A DNA stretch of 26,455 nt from a virus. The position numbers were made by a program, and so were the translations under genes. How positions within the stretch are numbered: position 1 is the stretch's first letter; each line of letters opens with the position of its first letter. The stretch is from positions 1 to 26,455 of IMG/VR virus record IMGVR_UViG_3300029582_000347. One strand, written 5' to 3'. The notes below the pieces were generated by a model that saw only the letters and a list, made by a program, of their open reading frames with translations, made no database searches and had not been told where the DNA came from. This document shows, one piece after another, positions 24,171 through 26,455 of the stretch.

Positions 24171-24212
24171 GTAGGAAAATCAAGACCCATTCCGTCGTGT
24201 GCTGACGAAAAT

Positions 24213-24288
24213 TGGCATCGCGTACGGGACTCGAACCCGTGTTGCCCGCGTGAAAGGCGGGAGTCCTGGACCGCTAGACGAACGCGAC
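24213..24288 (-). tRNA. tRNA-Glu (anticodon UUC)
   Basis: Reverse complement is GTCGCGTTCGTCTAGCGGTCCAGGACTCCCGCCTTTCACGCGGGCAACACGGGTTCGAGTCCCGTACGCGATGCCA. Canonical cloverleaf, anticodon loop CTTTCAC, close to E. coli tRNA-Glu. Confidence 0.95.
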
Positions 24289-24311
24289 TTGAACCGGCTT
24301 TGACAACATCT

Positions 24312-24386
24312 TGGAGGCGGGAGCGGGAATCGAACCCGCGAATAACGATTTTGCAGACCGTCGCCTTACCACTTGGCTACCCCGCC
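24312..24386 (-). tRNA. tRNA-Cys (anticodon GCA)
   Basis: Reverse complement is GGCGGGGTAGCCAAGTGGTAAGGCGACGGTCTGCAAAATCGTTATTCGCGGGTTCGATTCCCGCTCCCGCCTCCA. Anticodon loop CTGCAAA. U73 discriminator is typical of tRNA-Cys. Confidence 0.95.
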
Positions 24387-24403
24387 GCTGATGCTGTGCG
24401 CGG

Positions 24404-24432
24404 ATACTAGGGAAAAGAACCGCGGGTGTCAA
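24404..24432 (-). promoter_or_regulatory. Candidate sigma70-like promoter of the tRNA-Cys/tRNA-Glu operon
   Basis: On the minus strand: TTGACA (24432-24427), a 17-nt spacer, then TAGTAT (24409-24404). The -10 ends 18 nt upstream of the tRNA-Cys 5' end. Confidence 0.4.
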
Positions 24433-24649
24433 TCTCGTTTTTGGAAAAGATGCTTTGTTTTTAAGTGAAGGACTCTCTGGAAACAGCCTTTTTCTTTGGC
24501 GGAACGGACAGAGAAGGAGAGAATGCTTGTTTTTTAAGGCATCATGATTGTGCGGCGGAATGCCGCCCGTGCCTGTTGTCAGATCTATATGGAGCAACTT
24601 TGTTCCAAAATGGCGTGAATCAGGATATAAAAATGCACCAGGAGTTTTT

Positions 24650-24676
24650 TTGCAAGTTCACGGCAGCACGTAAAAT
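24650..24676 (+). promoter_or_regulatory. Weak candidate promoter for the downstream host gene
   Basis: TTGCAA (24650-24655), a 15-nt spacer, then TAAAAT (24671-24676), about 135 nt upstream of ATG 24812. The spacer is short. Confidence 0.25.
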
Positions 24677-24811
24677 TAGAGGGGAGGTCGTTCCTCTTCG
24701 TTCCGAATGAGGGGGGACTACGCGTTAAACGTGTTGATGGGTTCAGGGAACGCCGCCAGAATACCGGAAGTCTGATGGTTCAGTCTTTCCAAAAAGTAAA
24801 CAACAATAGCA

Positions 24812-26455
24812 ATGAACAATTATATACCAATCAACAAGGCAGTTAATCCCGTCTGCATTTATCAAGGGAATGAGCCTCTTATCAGCAAGACGCTCGGAGT
24901 TGACGCGATGACGTTCAACTTTGACGGTTCGGCGTGCGAACACGCCACTTGCGCCGGAGCGCCGGAAATGTTCATCAAGGTCGAGGAAGACGGCCTGTAT
25001 TATTTCGGCGTAGAAGCCGACGACACAGGCAGCCTGACGATTGCCGGTGAGCAAGCTATAAAAAAGGATGGGACACCGCCCAACGGCAAGCTGAATATTG
25101 AAACCGATTCCAGGTTTCTGAAAGCTGGCTATTACAAGGTGGCCCTGTCGTGGACCAACAACTCCTACACCCCCGTCAGCAACAACGCTGCCGCGTTCAA
25201 CGTCACGATGGACAGGGAACCCATTCAGGCAGGGAAGTATGAAGGCAACTCGACGATGAAGCGCGAATTCTCGTCGTCCCCCAAAATCAAATTGTGGACG
25301 ATTGAAAAGGAATCCACTATCACCTGTGAGCCATCCAAGGAAGTGGAACTGGAATTTGAGAAACCGGAACCCGTCTATTTGGAAGGGAATGGTGACTGCA
25401 ATGTAAGTAGCTTGAGACCTAAGATTTGCGTAACGGTTTGCAAAGATGAATCGGAAAACGTATGGAGGTGTCGTGTTGTTTCCGTTTCTGCCGGAGCCAA
25501 GCTAACTATGTATGAAGGCATTTACGTGAATCCCTATGTTGATCCCCCTCTCAATGAAGAAGAAGCCGTCGAAGCGGTCAACGAAATGAACGGCTACCAG
25601 GCCCGCGGAAGAGTGGGCACATGGCACACGCCGCAGGCTTCCCTCGCCCACGAAGAACACCACCGCCGTCAATGGGAGGATGCCTACAAGTTCTACTGGA
25701 AGGACTCCAAAATACAGGAAATGCTTGAAAATCAGACTATCTCCTGCGACAAAGAACCGAACATGGATAAAGCCGTGAAGTTCATGCAGGCTCTTGCCAA
25801 TGAAATGGCATTGGATCTTTGGACGGAGACATCAGCCTATGTACTGGCGTTGCCGGATGATGCCAATGACAGACCCTATTGCGCCGGACAGGAAGCCCTG
25901 AACGAGGCAACCGCCTATGTCATTCGTCTGGCCGACGCGATGGGGTGGAACAATGTGCCCAGGTTTATCACGAAACCTGGAACGATCGAGCCTCCCTGTT
26001 TCATGCCTCCGGTCAGCGAAGGTGAAACCCGCAGCATGGCTGTTGCGGAGGAACCGGCGCCCTTGACCCTCTCCATTGCGGATACTTCCCAATTCACGGA
26101 AGGCAAAATCACAGTCCGCTTCCGCAACGAAGGAAACGAGCCTGTCCGGATTCCGGACGAAATCAACGACGAAACGTCCGATTTCTTTTTCGTGACGGTG
26201 TTGAGGACGCAACAGGGGAAAATGCGCGTTCTGAACAGGGAAATTGGCACTATGACCTTCCAGCGACCCTTGAACTACCGGGAGTTTGCACCCGGTCAGG
26301 AATACAGCGTCACGATTCCGGTGTGTCTGGATGAAGTCGATCTGGAAGGCTGGAAACAATGTTCTTGTGAACTCGAAACGCGCTACTATAATCAGCAGGG
26401 TAAGGATTGTTTCCTGGGGGTTCTCCGGGCAACGGCCAGGCTCACGCTGCAATGA
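24812..26455 (+). CDS. Host hypothetical protein with PA14-like N-terminal domain and an HExxH motif
   Basis: 547-aa ORF ending at the window edge with TGA. EDGLYYFGVEADDTGSLTIAG...GYYKVALSWTN resembles PA14/GLEYA beta-barrels. HEEHH lies at 25649-25663. No obvious signal peptide. Confidence 0.6.
   Translation: MNNYIPINKAVNPVCIYQGNEPLISKTLGVDAMTFNFDGSACEHATCAGAPEMFIKVEEDGLYYFGVEADDTGSLTIAGEQAIKKDGTPPNGKLNIETDSRFLKAGYYKVALSWTNNSYTPVSNNAAAFNVTMDREPIQAGKYEGNSTMKREFSSSPKIKLWTIEKESTITCEPSKEVELEFEKPEPVYLEGNGDCNVSSLRPKICVTVCKDESENVWRCRVVSVSAGAKLTMYEGIYVNPYVDPPLNEEEAVEAVNEMNGYQARGRVGTWHTPQASLAHEEHHRRQWEDAYKFYWKDSKIQEMLENQTISCDKEPNMDKAVKFMQALANEMALDLWTETSAYVLALPDDANDRPYCAGQEALNEATAYVIRLADAMGWNNVPRFITKPGTIEPPCFMPPVSEGETRSMAVAEEPAPLTLSIADTSQFTEGKITVRFRNEGNEPVRIPDEINDETSDFFFVTVLRTQQGKMRVLNREIGTMTFQRPLNYREFAPGQEYSVTIPVCLDEVDLEGWKQCSCELETRYYNQQGKDCFLGVLRATARLTLQ

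Larger units (their letters stand above)
1..24212. mobile_element. Prophage (long-tailed phage with Mu-like head module); right junction at tRNA-Glu, left end beyond window
   Basis: Uninterrupted same-strand block of methylase, replication, terminase, portal, protease, capsid, tail, lysis, tape-measure and tail-tip genes. It ends with an opposite-strand tyrosine integrase whose 5' end faces the 3' end of tRNA-Glu (24213). The right boundary is approximate because the att core probably overlaps the tRNA. Confidence 0.85.

Noticed and set aside
24274-24597. Minus-strand ORF 24274-24597 and plus-strand ORF 23835-24410.
   Set aside because: They overlap the two canonical tRNA genes and the integrase antisense strand. 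No coding features are present.
1-26455. CRISPR arrays, a diversity-generating retroelement, toxin-antitoxin pairs and IS elements.
   Set aside because: I saw no repeat-spacer arrays, reverse transcriptase, template/variable repeat pair, small adjacent TA-like gene pairs or transposase motifs on either strand.

Overview
The window covers about 24 kb of an integrated long-tailed phage plus about 2.2 kb of flanking host DNA. It is G+C-rich; blocks I hand-counted were about 60%.

Left to right on the + strand, the prophage carries:
- two orphan DNA methyltransferases;
- a replication initiator with an internal iteron cluster, and a DnaC/IstB-like helicase loader;
- terS and terL;
- a phage tRNA;
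- a Mu-like head module (DUF935-type portal, Mu-I-type protease/scaffold, small head protein, E-like major capsid);
- head-tail joining genes and a major tail protein followed by a terminator;
- a collagen-repeat fibre;
- a lysis cassette (two small membrane proteins and an Amidase_3 endolysin);
- a BACON-like tail protein, the tape measure, a low-GC GYF-domain membrane protein, a tail-tip protein and a GT-A-like glycosyltransferase.

A tyrosine integrase on the - strand abuts host tRNA-Glu(UUC) and tRNA-Cys(GCA). A host PA14-like/HExxH protein follows.

Main finding: the phage tRNA (4289-4362) has anticodon CCU but carries the two textbook bacterial initiator-tRNA hallmarks. These are a C1xA72 mismatch and G29-G31:C39-C41 in the anticodon stem. 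In parallel, seven packaging/virion genes (terS, terL, portal, capsid, major tail, fibre, tail tip) have coding-quality or homology-supported N-termini. Each extends upstream of any ATG/GTG/TTG and has an in-frame AGG, preceded by C in six of the seven, at a natural-looking N-terminus. I propose a phage-encoded orthogonal AGG-initiation system. It is untested and rests on hand analysis only.

For those seven genes the feature start coordinates are the proposed AGG positions; the canonical alternatives are given in each evidence field.
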